Assembly (NCBI RefSeq): GCF_006345805.1
Contig: NC_043007.1
Coordinates: 23,436,001-23,500,000 of the forward strand
DNA length: 64,000 nt
Source of the DNA: Octopus sinensis
Lineage: Eukaryota
Direction of reading: 5' to 3'
Made by a program: the position numbers and the translations under genes. Below are positions 25,467 through 39,010 of this stretch, in pieces (the first letter of the stretch is position 1; each line of letters opens with the position of its first letter). The notes under the pieces were generated by a model, which saw only the letters and a program-made list of their open reading frames with translations, did no database searches and had not been told where the DNA came from.

Positions 25467-25962
25467 GCCCTGATGCAACACCATCTTGTGGCCTCTGATC
25501 TTAACTGATTGGAAGTGTTATCATTTACATTGTTTTGTCTTGCTATAAAAGATGAGTAATAGCAAACATTCTGCTCAATACCACAGATTTGTTTGTCGTT
25601 CTTTGACCTTAACCAGTTGATCATGTCCCTTAGTGGCTGACGATATGTGCATTTCTGACCACAGGAATTCTTGGGGGGTTGAATAATTCACCTTTGAGTG
25701 GTTCGTTCAACATCCTTAAACAAACCTTATTCAGGGACCTTTTGAGCGGGATGGGCTACTCGACCAGAAGAACTGGACCCCACCTGCAAGGTCATGTGCT
25801 GTTTATCTTGATATGAGATCACCATATCGCGCACATGTGGTTGCGCTGCATGTGTACCCTTATTAGGTGTACCCTTATTAGACGGGTAGTCATCATGGAT
25901 ATACTGCACTTCGTATATTTTACCCCAGTGTCATTTTGATGGCATGCACTGCTCTCTCACTC
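25467..25962 (+). mobile_element. ~500-bp non-coding element inserted in a (TAA)n array
   Basis: (AAT)n directly on both sides; no long ORF; resembles a dispersed octopus repeat from recall. Confidence 0.6.
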
Positions 25963-26423
25963 AATAATAATAATAATAATAATATCAGTATACCACTTAA
26001 GCAGGGCGACGAGCTGGCAGATTCGTTACCAGGCTGGGTGAAATGCTTGGTGGCCTTTCGTCCGTCTTTACGTTCTGAATTCAAACTCCGCCGAGGTCGT
26101 TTTTGCCTTTCATTCTTTTGAGGTCAGTAAAATAAGAAACAGTCGACTCGCCTACTCCCCTGAAATTTCTGGCCTTGTGCCAAAATTTGAAATCGATATT
26201 ATTTAATATTATTATAAGCTTATTGAGTTCTAACTACTGGTTATTAGTACTGATTTGTTTTAAACATTGTTTTAAAGCAAGACAATGCAAGTTATAAAAA
26301 AAAATTAATAATACAGAACGATGGTTAGTACTATTCTTTTCTACTCTAGGCACAAGGCCCGAAATTTGGGGGGAGGGAGCCAGTTGATTACATCGACCGC
26401 AGTACGCAACTGGTATTTAATTT

Positions 26424-26657
26424 AAGGCGACGAGCTGGCAGAAACGTTTGCACGCCGGGCGAAATGCTTTGCGATATTTCGTCTGCCGTTACGTTCTGAG
26501 TTCAAATTCCGCCGAAGTCGACTTTGCCTTTCATCCTTTCGGGGTCGATAAATTAAGTACCAGTTACGCACTGGGGTCGATGTAATCGACTTAACCCGTT
26601 TGTCTGTCCTTGTTTGTTCTCTCTGTGTATAGCCCCTTGTGGGCAGTAAAGAAATAA
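26424..26657 (+). mobile_element. Full tRNA-derived SINE with GTCGACTTTGCCTTTCATCCTTTCGGGGTCGAT core (MetaSINE-like, from recall)
   Basis: A-box-like and B-box-like (GAGTTCAAATTCC) motifs. Related copies at ~2752-2926+, 7719-7860+, 13451-13665+, 13672-13878+, 17406-17592-, 17606-17836-, 26001-26200+, 56890-57085+, 58381-58525+, 61005-61168- and 61770-61998-. Confidence 0.9.
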
Positions 26658-27109
26658 GAATATTGGACGGCAATCTTCCTCCACTGGGTTTGGTCAGTTG
26701 CTTTTCTTGCACATCCCTTCCATGTAATGTTGACTATATTCAGGTCATCTTCAAATATCCATCCTGTCCCTTTTACGCATGCCGACAGGTGGTGATGATG
26801 GTGGTGGTGGTGGTGGTTGAAGGCGAGTCCCATTCACTGAATTGAGCGAAGTCAACAAATAGGAAAATGTGAATAAATATATTATTATAAAATATTAAAT
26901 TACATTAATTTAGAGTCGTCGGGAAACGTAGAAGGTCTGAAAAAAATGAACAAAACAACAAACGAAACGCTGCATACATACGCATTTTGCTGACGTCACG
27001 ATATTTTTTTACAAACTTTCGAGAGAACGTGAAATAATTCTTTTTTCTTTTAAACTTTTTCTATCCAAGGGAGTTTTTCAACCCAATATCTACATGCTAT
27101 TCTGCCGCC

Positions 27110-27110
<1 letters not shown>

Positions 27111-27140
<30 letters not shown>

Positions 27141-27491
27141 TGTATGTATGTATGTATGTATGTATGTATGTATGTATGTATGTATGCATGTATGTATGTA
27201 TGTATGTATGTATGAATGCATGTATGTATGTATGTACGTATGTATGTATGTATGTTTGTATGTATGTATGTATGTATGTATGTATGAATGCATGTATGTA
27301 TGTATGTGTATGTATGTATGTATGTATGTTTGGTATTGTATGTATGTATGTATGTATGTATGTAGGCATGCATGAATGTATGTATGATGATGTATGTATG
27401 TATGAATGCATGTATGTACGTATGTACGTGTATGTATGTATGTTGGTATGTATGTATGATGTATTATATGTATGTATGTATGTATGCATGC

Positions 27492-27521
<30 letters not shown>
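27111..27521. repeat. (TATG)n microsatellite ending in (TA)n
   Basis: Visible directly. Confidence 0.95.
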
Positions 27522-27523
<2 letters not shown>

Positions 27524-27712
27524 GAGAGTATTGTAGTTCGCTTGAAGCATTGTGTATTGTTTGTGAAATATAACGTGTCTTGAATGACACAGCAATGCAG
27601 AGTGGACTATAATAACTGTTATAATTTAATTATTCATAGACTTATATGATATGATATTTCTTCAGATATCGTTAGGAATTAATCGAGTCATTGTTGTACC
27701 ATTCAAGACACG

Positions 27713-27763
<51 letters not shown>

Positions 27764-27764
27764 A

Positions 27765-27813
<49 letters not shown>

Positions 27814-27879
27814 GTGTGTGTGTGTGTGTATGTATGTAACAAACGAAGGATGGCGGTACTGCTTTCACATTCATTCCAA

Positions 27880-28140
27880 GGTTCCAGCTGTTTCAACAAC
27901 AGATGGGTAATAAATTCTTTAAGACATTGGAAAACATGAACATCAACAATAACTTTGATTATATAATATTGATTATGTAAGGAAAACCAATAGTAATTTC
28001 ATCGTGACCTCTATAACTGAACTCCATGAACTCACTGTCAGTTTTCATTATTTAATCGATATCATATAATCAATGTTACATAATTATTGCCAACTTGGTA
28101 AAAAATTTATTACCCATGTGCGGCTGAAACAGCTGTAACT
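27880..28140. mobile_element. Decayed fold-back element with HHR 3' halves (family C)
   Basis: cagctgtttcaacaacagatgggtaataaatt at 27885 mirrors aatttattacccatgtgcggctgaaacagctg ending 28135. GAAA-CAGCTG-TA is retained; the CUGANGA half is lost. Confidence 0.5.
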
Positions 28141-28362
28141 AAAGAATAAACGTAATACTAGTATCACGTTTATTTAATGATAATGAGAGAGCTGTTCTAT
28201 GTTGGACGGTTTATGCAGACATGCTCAAGAACCCTGAGAATTTTCTTGATCATAAGAGTCCTAACTCCTTCAATTTGAATCTTTCGGGCAGTGGTTCCGA
28301 ACGTGTGGTCCGCACAGGTACTACTGGAGGTCCGTGAACTAAATTCAAAATTCATATACATA

Positions 28363-28466
<104 letters not shown>

Positions 28467-28475
28467 ACACAAACA

Positions 28476-28527
<52 letters not shown>

Positions 28528-28727
28528 GTCGCTTCCATAGCTGAATTGAGGCCTTCATTTAGGCTGAGAGCAATATTACTGGAAATTCTATTTAATATAT
28601 TTTTATGAAAATGTATTAGCCTTTCTGCTTAATATTTTTGTTGTTTTTAATACAGTTTTGTTCGCACGCACACACATACACATTAATACACGTAGATGTA
28701 TACATATAGATGTATACATATAGATAA

Positions 28728-28769
<42 letters not shown>

Positions 28770-28770
28770 T

Positions 28771-28852
<82 letters not shown>

Positions 28853-28872
28853 CAAGATATAGATCGATAGAT

Positions 28873-28952
<80 letters not shown>

Positions 28953-29108
28953 TAAGTTTCTTTATTGGCCACACAGGGCTTAAAACAGAGGGGGACAAAT
29001 ACAAATGTAGAGCTTTTCTTTTCGAAGATGGAAAAAGAAAAAAGAAAAAAAAAGGAGGAAAAAATGTAAAATTTCGAGATATAGTATATATATTATATAT
29101 ATATATAT

Positions 29109-29139
<31 letters not shown>

Positions 29140-30189
29140 AAGAGAGAGATGAGAGAGAGAAAGGGGTGGTATAAGTTTTTTAAATCAATGTTTTGTTTTA
29201 TTTATACAGCTTTATATATATATATGTTTCAAAATGTTTAGGAAAGCGAAGTGATACCCGTTTAAGTCATGTAATAGTTATGGACTGAAGAACATTGATA
29301 TGTATTGGATAACTAAGAAATGAAACACATTCGACTCTATTTTCAACTGCTGTGAGTGACATTAGTTTTCCATTTCTCTTTTACGACGTGAGAACGATTA
29401 CGATTGAAATACTGACAAGATAAAAAGCAGAGATGAGACGCTGGTGATGCTAAAATAAACATTTGGTTAGATTTGTGTGTCTCTTCTGATACTTAATCGC
29501 TTTAAGTTTTAAGTTGATAGCATTTCATTTCAACAAAAGAAAAATTCCATAATCCTCAAATATCTGTAGCCAAGCTGAAATATTTATAACTTGTAGACTG
29601 ACAGCGAGAGAGAATGTGCTAATGGATTTCTTTCTATATTCAAGTCCTAAAGCAGAATTTAAAGATATTGCTACACTTTCAGACAATTTAAACGATGTCA
29701 AACTAGAAATTATAAGGAATTAATTACATTCTTTATCGTTTCAATTTTGAGTTCTGTCAACAGATCGAATTTCCTTCTATTACTATATTTCAGCTTTGAA
29801 TAAACGTCTAACAAAACAGACGGGCGTTTCAAGGAACGGAGCATTGACCAGATAAAGTACCGGTCAATTACTGGTGGTCAGTAGTATTGACTAACCCTCT
29901 CTACTCAAAATTGTGACTAAATCAGAAACCATTATCATTATTGGTGATTTTGTTCCTCCCTACTTCCTGTGTAACGAGTCAACACATTTAGCAATTGTAA
30001 TCAGCTTTTCGCAAATACGACAGGCGATAGCTATTTGTAGGTATAGAGGAATTGCTTGGGTTAGATGTTCTTGCTTAAGAGTTTTACTTTTACATGTCAG
30101 ACATGTTTGACATCTTGGCAGGTACCTACCGCCACTGATCGCAGACCGAGAGAATACTTATTCTGTGATTCGAGGTGCGACCGATCAGC

Positions 30190-31950
30190 GAACAAAGGGA
30201 ATCACTTTGATCGTTTTCAGCTCGAAAATCTTACTGTTTAACTAGATTTTGACCCACGCCAAAGCAGTATGTGCTTGTCGCCGGTAGTCTGATTGGTGAT
30301 GCGTAAATATACGCCATCTTAAACAGATCTATCCACTACAACATCTAATCTCATACGGTACATCATAGAGGGGATACGTAAGGAACTTGGCATGAGAGGG
30401 GCCTCTGATCAATTTAGATCAGTTGAAAGCTTTCGATAAGAGTGGGGACCAGTATTTGACGGCTGTCTTCACGGTAGCCAATTTCGATCCAATCTTCCAC
30501 AGTTGGATTACATCGAGGTGATTGGCACCGCTCTATGGAGCTACTAAACGATTATAGGAACCCAAATCAAAGGCAAGTCAGAGGAGCTGCGTCTCGGCAC
30601 CTAACAACGTCGTAGGGCGCTGGACGGACCAACCGGTTAAATTGCTCGGGGTCTGACTTGGTCCGGTTCGATAAGTGGAGAACTGAACAGAAGAGGTGCC
30701 GGGTAGCGCGGTCAGACTCACCTAGAAATGAACCAAGACAAAGCTATCCCTGAAAGTTCAGGTGTGGATGGTAAAGGCCAGCTTCTTCTCCGTCATCTAT
30801 TACTGCTTCGCCATCATGCCTTGCCTCGCTTCACATCTGACCAGACTGGAGCAACTGCCCGTCTGCTTCATGTGGAAGGGATGTAATCCACTAGTCATGA
30901 ACTCCATCTATTGTAAATATTTGTTGAGTAAAGACTGGACACGCCGTGGATGGTGGTGCGTGGACATGCGCTGAGGTTGCGACATCTCCAGCAATTCTTT
31001 GATGGCGAATAGGTATGATCACTGTTTATCAGACAAGTTTTTTCCATGTCTCATCTCTTAGGCCAAGAAAAGAGCAGGAAAGGGCACTTGGCATCTGGAA
31101 TGTCGTCAAACGCTCACAGCTTCCTGTGTAGTGGAATCGCTACAAGTTATACGTCGACATTCTATAGAGGATGAATAGCAGGAATAAGTGACGAAGTTCT
31201 CATGGAGACTCTGGGTGTTCATGAAAATCAACAAGCTGGTCTATTCCGGAAGATTTCAGGTCTAGGCCCATGGATAATTTCTAGATATCCCTAGTTTGGT
31301 AGTGCTATCGAAGGCATTTACTGATTTGAGATAAACTGTACAGACATGAAAATGCTATCGGTATGGCCCGTCCGAAAAGCGTGCAGAGCAACGAAACCGT
31401 TCTGCACACACGCATTCAGTGCTCGAGTGAAGTTATGTCGCGCACTTAGTGTTATGCGTGTGGCGGATCCAATTAACAGCTGGGTCCACTATGTAGATTG
31501 TTCCGCCGCCTTCTTTTAGCCAGTAAGCAGGTTGTCTTTATCTGTCTGGTGGCTTTGGTGAAAGGAGGTTGCGTGGTAGATGAGATTGAATGAGCTGAAG
31601 ACAGACACTTTATTTTTTGGCCAAGCCCTCATCAACTTCTTTAAGTTTCACTTGAAAAGGAAAATGAAGGTGGAGAGTGAAGTGCTGCCTTCCGGCAAAT
31701 TTTTTGCGAGGTGGATGAGTGGCGAGTATGATTTAGAGTCAACGGGTGTTTTGGGAACATACGCCTGTGGATCGAAGGGCAACTGGAAGAAGACAGGAGG
31801 AACATGGTTTTGTGGGTCTGTCGCCTTTGAGGAGTTTTTCTTCTAATTTTTCCCCTCTTTTTTTACACACTTTTTGTGTAATCCCACACTATATCGCTCT
31901 GTACCGCCATATATCCTTTAGTCAACTTTGTGGTTTATAAAAAAACAGTG
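30190..31950 (+). mobile_element. L1/Tx1-clade LINE, 5'-truncated and decayed
   Basis: Fragments RYIIEG..LDQLKAFD, VKLLGV, SVIYYCF..LTRLEQL..FMWKG, HALRLRHL; ends in an A-rich tail near 31945. Confidence 0.75.
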
Positions 31951-32451
31951 TTTTCATCATCATTATTACCATCGCATCCTTGTAAAGTGTCTTTGGATCT
32001 GCAGTTCGTTCTTTTTCTTTCTCTCTCTCTCTTTCTTTCTCTCTCACCTCTCTTTTTCTCTTTTCCTCTCTCTTTCTCTCTTCCTCATTCTGTGTCTCTC
32101 AACCTCTACCCCCACCTCTCTCTCTCTCTAAAGAACTTTGACGAAAGCAGTGCGACGGCGCTTGACTTCAGGAAATCTTATGCTCAAGTTCACCCGGTGC
32201 ACTCATTTTCCACTCCTACCCATCTCATATTCTCACTATGATTCGCACCTATCCCAGACCCACTCAAAAAGAATTTTACCCAATAGTTCTTCCTCAGACC
32301 TTCAAATAAATTCAAACTGAACATCAACTCAACTGATTCATCGCTCTGTGAAGGCCCATAAAAGTTGTAGGTGTTTCCGTGACTTCTCTGGTTAACTACT
32401 AGAAACTATGTGCATTGTATATGAAAATGTGTTTTAAAGCTTTGTAATGGC

Positions 32452-32609
32452 CACTAACATATCGTTTTCTTTTTTCTTTCATGGTACCTTCCTCGCCATC
32501 ATGAACATTGACGATGACAATTACTACATTATGAACAACGTCATCAACATTAACAACAACCGGAAATTGATACCAACTCACAAAAACAATATCACATTGT
32601 TATAACTAG
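32452..32609 (+). promoter_or_regulatory. Candidate 3' splice region: branch point CACTAAC, polypyrimidine tract, long AG-free zone, TAG acceptor
   Basis: CACTAAC at 32452-58, T/C tract at 32465-80, no AG between 32440 and 32607, first AG at 32608-09, 13 nt before the ATG. Confidence 0.5.
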
Positions 32610-32622
32610 CCGTAAAGACAAA

Positions 32623-33402
32623 ATGTATGGCATAATTATTCAAGCCATCGTCATCTATCTTCAGGAGACGTATGGAGAAGAGACATGGGAAGCGATTCGT
32701 CAACGGGCAGGCATTGAAGAACACAGCTTCAGCTTACATGAGAGATATAAGGAAGATACTATCGTTCGAATTTGTGATGCTGCCAGTAGACTAATCGGTG
32801 TCGATCGGAGTACCATTATGAACTCGTTTGGGGATTCTTTCGTTGCCTACGTGAGTAAATATAACTATGACCGCATCTTAAAAGTGCTCGGGCGAAACCT
32901 CCGAGATTTTCTCAACGGGCTTGATAATCTTCACGAATATCTGCGCTTCTCCTACCAAAATATAGTACCGCCCTCTTTCTTCTGCGAAAATGAACATAAA
33001 ATGGGTCTGCACCTTCACTACCGCAGCTCGCGGAAAGGTTTTGTGCATTATGTAATCGGACAAATTAAAGCCGTCGGTAAAACCTTCTACGACACTGACA
33101 TTGACGTTAAGATCATAAAACACGAAGAATCTGCTGACTCGTCACATGTCATATTTGATCTGAGGTTTCAAAACGAAGGTTTTGATACTCAAGTTAACAA
33201 TAAGATCGATGACAAAGACCAATTCAAAGTTCCAGCTTATTTTTTTCGCAATCTTTTTCCATTCCATATTCAATTCAAAAAGAATATGGATATTGTAAGT
33301 GCTGGCTCGGGACTTCGAGCAATTATACCAAATATAACGAGCAAAAACCTTCTGGATGTTTTTATTCTTCGGAAACCGGTTTTCCAGTTTAATTGGAAAA
33401 AT
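32623..33402 (+). CDS. Gyc88E: First coding exon (aa 1-260) of an atypical soluble guanylate cyclase, Gyc88E-like: H-NOX domain plus start of H-NOBA/PAS
   Basis: Starts MYG as sGC beta subunits do. Contains RDFLNGLDNLHEYLRFSY (proximal His104, CAC at 32932-34), PPSFFCENE, LHYRSSR (YxSxR), HYVIGQ (Tyr143) and LFPFHIQF. Consensus donor AAT|GTAAGT at 33402/33403, phase 0. The symbol denotes closest recognised family, not proven orthology. Confidence 0.93.
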
Positions 33403-34101
33403 GTAAGTGTATATTTTAATAATTATTTTTATATACTTATTTTGTTTTCACTCGTCATAGTCATTGTATAACTAACCATTCAAGAATTTGAGCTGTATAA
33501 TAATCCAACAATAATATCTATGTCGCTTATTTGTTCACAAATCAGCGAATTCTATTTCACCTTCAAATAAGCTCCTCAATTATACACCAAACAATATTTC
33601 ATAATGATTTTTTTTTTGTCAGATTAGATCTGTAAATGAATCTTTAACTGAAAAAAATATCTCATCAAAGTCAGCTTAAGTTAGGACAGTTCCCATTCTA
33701 GGCTTATAATTAGGGGCCTTACACAAACTGTTTCATTTGAATAGAAGAGGAAAACACATTCGTTGAATTATCAAAGATTTTATTCATAAATTCCTTTCAA
33801 TTTTATAACTACACATGACTTAAAATTCCACTACATTTTGCTGTAGGGAAAACCTGCAGGAGTATGAAACAGAAAAAAATATATGTTTTAATAAAGAAGG
33901 GACGTCTTTGTGTTCGTTTACTTAAACGGGAACTTGAATCTGATATCTCACGTTCTAAACATTTCTTAGAACCTAGTAATGTTCTCTCTTCATTCATAAT
34001 ACATACTCGGGTTGTGTGTATATATATATACACACATATATACATATATATATATATGTGTGTATGTGTGTGTGTGTGTGTGTACATATATATATATATA
34101 T

Positions 34102-34168
<67 letters not shown>

Positions 34169-34270
34169 TATATGTATGTATATATATATGTATATATACA
34201 CACATATATACAATATATATGTATATATATATATATATATAAGATACATGAATGATATATATATGTATAG

Positions 34271-34323
<53 letters not shown>

Positions 34324-34649
34324 GTATGTAATATGCATGGATGGATAAATATGTACGTATTAGTAGCTGTGATGTTAATAAACAATAATATAAGAATTTC
34401 ATTTAGAATTCGCCAGTAACGTCTCTATGCGGTTACGTTTCTTTCGTTACTGGTGTTTTGTTTACAATAAGATAATACTTTATGAGTGGGCATGTCTGTA
34501 TATATATAATAATCGTATATGTATATCATACATATATGTGTGTATATATATATAAATATGTTGTATGTATATGTGTGTATATATATATATATGTACATGT
34601 ACATATATATACATGTGTATGTATATATATATGTACATGTTTTACGGGG

Positions 34650-34796
34650 GGTTACCCTGGGTTTCTCGCTCATAAGGGATTTAGCCTTACGGCGAATCTT
34701 CAGGTCCCAAACATTGCTGGCCTGAGACCTCTTTCATGAGGTCTGAAGATACGCCGTAAGGCTAAACTCCTTATGAGCGAGAAAGCCAGGGTAACC
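34650..34796. repeat. Hairpin element, ~54-bp arms with a nested small hairpin
   Basis: ggttaccctgg..aatcttcag mirrors ctgaagat..ccagggtaacc; the spacer holds AGACCTC-tttcat-GAGGTCT. Confidence 0.85.
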
Positions 34797-34820
34797 GGAT
34801 TATGTGTGTGTATGTGTGTG

Positions 34821-34870
<50 letters not shown>

Positions 34871-35079
34871 CAGAGATAAATACATAAAAAGCTACATACA
34901 CACATACATACATACAACATGTAAGACCGTTAATCCAGAGATGGTTATTTTTTCTCTCCGACTTTCTTTCTCCATGTCTCTTTCCTCATTCCTCTCAATA
35001 GAAATATATGTGTGTGTGTGTGTGTGTGTGTATCTATGTATGTATAATGTATGTGTGTGTTATACACACGTGCATATTG

Positions 35080-35196
<117 letters not shown>

Positions 35197-35199
35197 TAT

Positions 35200-35322
<123 letters not shown>

Positions 35323-35559
35323 ATATAATATATATATACATGTGCACACGTGTGTGTGTGTGTGTATAATATTTTTAAGAAGCAAAGTTTGAAGTGGTCA
35401 GAGGCCGAGAATCTCTTGCATGCCACTTACCAATCCTTTGATAAGTGCCAATGCCTGAAACCCTTGAATCACTTCGTAACTTCTGCCGTTTAAAAATAAA
35501 ATGCATAGACACACTCATGTTCCCGGTTTTATTTATTCTGTTTGTACGATTGATAGAAA

Positions 35560-35634
35560 GATAGACAGATAGACAGATAGACAGATAGATAGATAGATAG
35601 ATAGACAGATAGATAGATAGACAGATAGATAGAC

Positions 35635-35713
<79 letters not shown>

Positions 35714-35847
35714 TTTCTTTATTGGCCTCGCAGGGCTGAACACAGAAGGGACAAAATACAAAGTACAGCTTTTCTTTTTGGGAAGAAAAGGGAAAAAAAG
35801 CAGGGTCGATTTCCGATCAAAAGGGATCGTGAAAAGAAGGACGATCA

Positions 35848-35884
<37 letters not shown>

Positions 35885-36523
35885 AGCAAGCATACATACA
35901 TACATCATACATACATACATACATACATACATACATACATGCATGCATATATGCATACATACATACATACATACATACATACATACGTACGTACGTACAT
36001 ACATACATACATACATACATACATACATACATACATACATACTACATACACGCATACATACATACATACATACATACATACATACATACACCCACACACA
36101 CATACACATACATACACATACATACATACATACATACATACATACATACATACATACACCACATACATACATACACACATAACATAACATACATACATAC
36201 ATACATACATACATACATACATACATACACACACACATACATACATACACCACACACATACATACATACATACAAACACACATACATACATCATACATAC
36301 ATACATACATACACACACACAGACATACATACATACATACATACATACATACATACGCACACACATACATACATCATACATACATACATACCATACATAC
36401 ACACACACATACATACATACATACCATACATCATACATACCACACCACATACATACACATACATACAATACATACATACATAATACATCCATACATACCT
36501 ACATACATACATACATACATACA

Positions 36524-36555
<32 letters not shown>
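35560..36555. repeat. (GATA/GACA)n then (CATA)n microsatellites
   Basis: Visible directly; a SINE tail fragment lies at ~35715-35770. Confidence 0.9.
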
Positions 36556-36719
36556 AATATGTTTTCCTTTACTCTTTTCAATTTAGAGTAAATTTTGATC
36601 GGTCAGGTTATGAAGGAAAGCATCTTGTTTTTAACCATCATCTTTTAAATTCTAAGACGTCTTTACAGATTTTAATAGTCCTAGATATCAAAATCATTTG
36701 TTGCGCGCGAATTAAGGAT

Positions 36720-36950
36720 TTGCATTCTCTCCCCAAGATTCCTAGTACAGCCATACTTTGCTCCAGACGGGTCGTTATGTACTCTGTTACTCCAATGATA
36801 GTAAGCATGAAACTGAAAGCCTATCTCCGGTACTGGATTTGCAGACTCCTAATCAATGATCCATAGGACTTCTCTTTTTCTTGTATTTTTGTAACCACAT
36901 TGATGTGGTTAGGGCAGCTGATTTCCAAGAGGGCAGCTGATTTCCACCTT
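36720..36950 (-). mobile_element. RLE-endonuclease fragment of an R4/CRE-like LINE
   Basis: VEISCPNHINVVTKIQEKEKSYGSLIRSLQIQY..TIIGV on the minus strand; short internal duplication of gggcagctgatttcca. Confidence 0.55.
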
Positions 36951-37160
36951 AGAACTCATATTTTTTCTTGTAGTCTTACGCAATAAATAGGCGTAGGAGT
37001 GGCTGTATGGTAAGTAGCTTGTTTACCAACCACATGGTTCTGGGTTCAGTCCCACTGCGTGGCACCTTAGGCAAGTGTCTTCTACTATAGCCTCGGGCCG
37101 ACCAAAGCCTTTTGAGTGGATTTGGTAGACGGAAACTGAATGAAGCCCGTCGTATATATG

Positions 37161-37193
<33 letters not shown>

Positions 37194-37781
37194 TGTGTGT
37201 GTGTGTGTGTGTGTGTTGTGTGTGTGTCCCCAACATCACTTGACAACCGATGCTGGTGTGTTTACCTCCCCGTAACTTAGCGGTTCGGCAAAAGAGACCG
37301 ATAGAATAAGTACTAGGCTTACAAAGAATAAGTCCTGGGGTCAATTTGCTCGACTAAAGGCAGTGTTCCAGCATGGCCACAGTCAAATGACTGAAACAAG
37401 TAAAACAGTAAAACTACCTAGCTGGTTGTGTTTTAACTCAGTGACTATTTTAATTCTTAATCTCAACGAATATTCTTTTGACCCAATCAATCTCAATATG
37501 GTCAACTTCGTCTGTAGGTGTCTTATTTTTTGTTATCCTGTTCCAGACTGTTCTGGTCACTGTATCATGGCCTCATGGGAAGGTAGTATCTGGAAGGCAT
37601 ATGTATGTATGTACGTATTATAGCATACTATATTATATCTTGTGTACACAAGTCATACCATGCATAGATGTATGACCGCCACTGAAACGTACGTAGGAAC
37701 AAATAATAGAGTCTGGCATTTAGTGTAATATTTCGTATATATATGTATATATATATATATATATATGTGTGTGCGTGTATG

Positions 37782-37834
<53 letters not shown>

Positions 37835-38176
37835 ATAATTATATATGTGTGGTGTGTTTTATATATATATAGATATATATATATATATATAATATAATTA
37901 TTTTCGGCGCGTGTGTTATATTATATATCGTTGTTGTTTGTTTATTCCCAAGCGAAGCCTGGCTCATAAAGACCGGTTTCCCGGTTTCATTGGCGTATAG
38001 GTTTCTCACCTGGACGGGACACCGGTCCGTCACAGGTGAGAGAAAGTTGTGGCGAAAGATTCAGCAGAAATTCGGCATTACCTTCTGCTGGATCCGCGTG
38101 GATTTTAGGTGTTTCGCTTATAAACACACACATTCGCCCGATCTAACCACTAGGCTATGTGCACTCCACGTGTCAT

Positions 38177-38214
<38 letters not shown>

Positions 38215-38389
38215 AAAACAGGAACCAAGAAGTGGACCGAAACGACGAATCGGAACGAACCTGATGCTGGGCGCTGTCAGACAATAAGTGATAATAAAAA
38301 ATATATGCATACATACAAACATATATGTACGTACCTACATCTACATGTATATATACAGCATATATAAATAATTATACGTGAGTACAGGA

Positions 38390-38481
<92 letters not shown>

Positions 38482-38977
38482 GCACACACACATACGTAAG
38501 TACATTTTTACATACGTTGCCAGCCTACCGATGATTGTGTGCGTGTGTGCGCGCGCAATAGTTTATGGAACAATTTTCACGCCCTTTTGGGAAACAAACC
38601 ATTAAGTGTTCTATTAGTGTCATAATACACCGATCGAACTTAACCTAGGCTTAAGTTATATTGGCTAAATGTCATATTTAATGTGGGCCATAAAAGGTAA
38701 GCTAAAAAAAATGTTGACAAAAACAAAGAAAAACAATATATTTTTAATGCTTTATACAAATCTCAAATTCATAAAAAAATGTTTTAAAGTTATGTACCTA
38801 AATTTTCAAGATAAGTCAATTTAAAATCTTTGATTTTGTTTTTACGTTTATTTCAATAAAAAGTAATGATCCGAGATAAATATCTATATAAGCAATAATA
38901 AATCTCTGATCGATATAACCAGTAGCTGCACGACATCGTGAAGTAATATGTACATATATATATATATCTATATATAT

Positions 38978-39010
<33 letters not shown>

